Virus record (IMG/VR): IMGVR_UViG_3300014205_000170
Span: 32,001 to 96,000 of that record
Length of the DNA: 64,000 nt
Origin: a virus
Lineage: Duplodnaviria; Caudoviricetes
Direction: 5' to 3' (one strand)
Positions 63,271 to 64,000 of this stretch are shown here, one piece after another. A program made the translations under genes and the position numbers. Below the pieces are notes generated by a model, which did not search any database, was not told where the DNA came from, and saw nothing but the letters and a program-made list of their open reading frames with translations. How positions within the stretch are numbered: position 1 is the first letter of the stretch; every line of letters begins with the position of its first letter.

Positions 63271-63954
63271 GTGGCTAAAGATATCGAAATAACTTTTGGA
63301 AAGTTCGTAATTATCGAAAAAATCTCTAATGATTTTATAGACTTTATTTCTCCTGTGTGCAAAGTAGTACCCAATAGTGCTTTACACATGTGTATATGTG
63401 GTACATATACAGCAACAATAATCCGTTATGCACCATTAACTCCAGAATCAAACATTTTTATAATTAGAGCATTAAGAATAAGTAAGGTAAGAAAAGAATA
63501 TCTTTATATTAATGATACCTTACCATCAACTGATAACAATTTTCTTAGAGAAACACTATATGCAGTTGCCAATGCTAAGCATACTGTAAAGATAATGCTA
63601 CAAGGAAAGATGAAAATTCAACTACTTGATAGTACCGTATATGCTTGTCACAAAGAATCTCTTGGAGAGCTCATAATAAAATTTTCTAAAGATTTTAATA
63701 ATGTTCAGAAAATTAAATATCAATTTCAATTGTCAGATTGTGAAGAAATTGTTGCACCTTATCACAAAATACTTTTAGATGAATGTGTACTTTTATATGG
63801 ACAATACAATACAGAACATCAACTCATTAGACATACTACTCACATAAGTGACCATCATTTAAAAGCCCTTAAACGTGATATAAACAATTATTTAAAAACT
63901 TTAAAAAGAAAAGGTAGGAGATTACTATCAAAATCTATACATTTGAATGTATAA
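63271..63954 (+). CDS. EK-tag protein
   Basis: N-terminal KFVIIEK. Confidence 0.75.
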   Translation: MAKDIEITFGKFVIIEKISNDFIDFISPVCKVVPNSALHMCICGTYTATIIRYAPLTPESNIFIIRALRISKVRKEYLYINDTLPSTDNNFLRETLYAVANAKHTVKIMLQGKMKIQLLDSTVYACHKESLGELIIKFSKDFNNVQKIKYQFQLSDCEEIVAPYHKILLDECVLLYGQYNTEHQLIRHTTHISDHHLKALKRDINNYLKTLKRKGRRLLSKSIHLNV

Positions 63955-64000
63955 AATATTATGAAAAGAATAGAAGTTATCACAGAAGCAAATGGTTTAC

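Noticed and set aside
7866-63954. EK-tag as a DNA repeat, operator or mobile mini-element
   Set aside because: The copies I found are in the coding frame on the coding strand, third codon positions vary freely and flanking DNA is not shared.
1-64000. Alternative genetic code (stop-codon reassignment)
   Set aside because: Code 11 gives dense, tightly abutting genes; TAG and TGA end genes cleanly (e.g. 4319, 49616, 7344, 25124) and conserved enzymes are intact.

Overview
AT-rich, gene-dense 64-kb piece of what is almost certainly a large (jumbo) bacteriophage genome, probably infecting a Bacteroidota host (TAnnTTTG promoters, A-rich leaders without obvious Shine-Dalgarno, Bacteroidota-like SufE). 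No virion or core replication genes are recognisable. About 150 mostly small ORFs lie in three blocks (+ 1-7.8 kb, - 7.9-14.9 kb, + 16-64 kb), with a repeat-rich 1-kb non-coding gap at 14.9-15.9 kb that may be an origin. Recognisable products: ECF sigma factor, WGR-DNA ligase, M28 peptidase, bestrophin, RNA ligase, SufE, MetRS, a truncated GlyRS-like core, CYTH, GIY-YIG and ATP-grasp proteins. Main discovery: about 65 mostly unrelated small proteins each carry a 7-residue motif [R/K]-x-[V/I]-[L/I/M]-[I/T/L/F/V]-E-K (e.g. RNVLTEK, RIVLFEK, RKVLIEK), usually once, at the N-terminus, C-terminus or internally. Its codons vary synonymously, so it looks like a protein-level address or processing tag shared across the accessory proteome. 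Also seen: an ECF-type promoter regulon (TGTAAC-N17-CGTATAGTAC and GTAAC-N16-CGTT), a ~480-nt highly structured ncRNA candidate, a small RNA with its own promoter and terminator next to the sigma gene, and a tRNA-like RNA with a 23-nt anticodon loop. All calls are by eye; no searches or folding programs were run.
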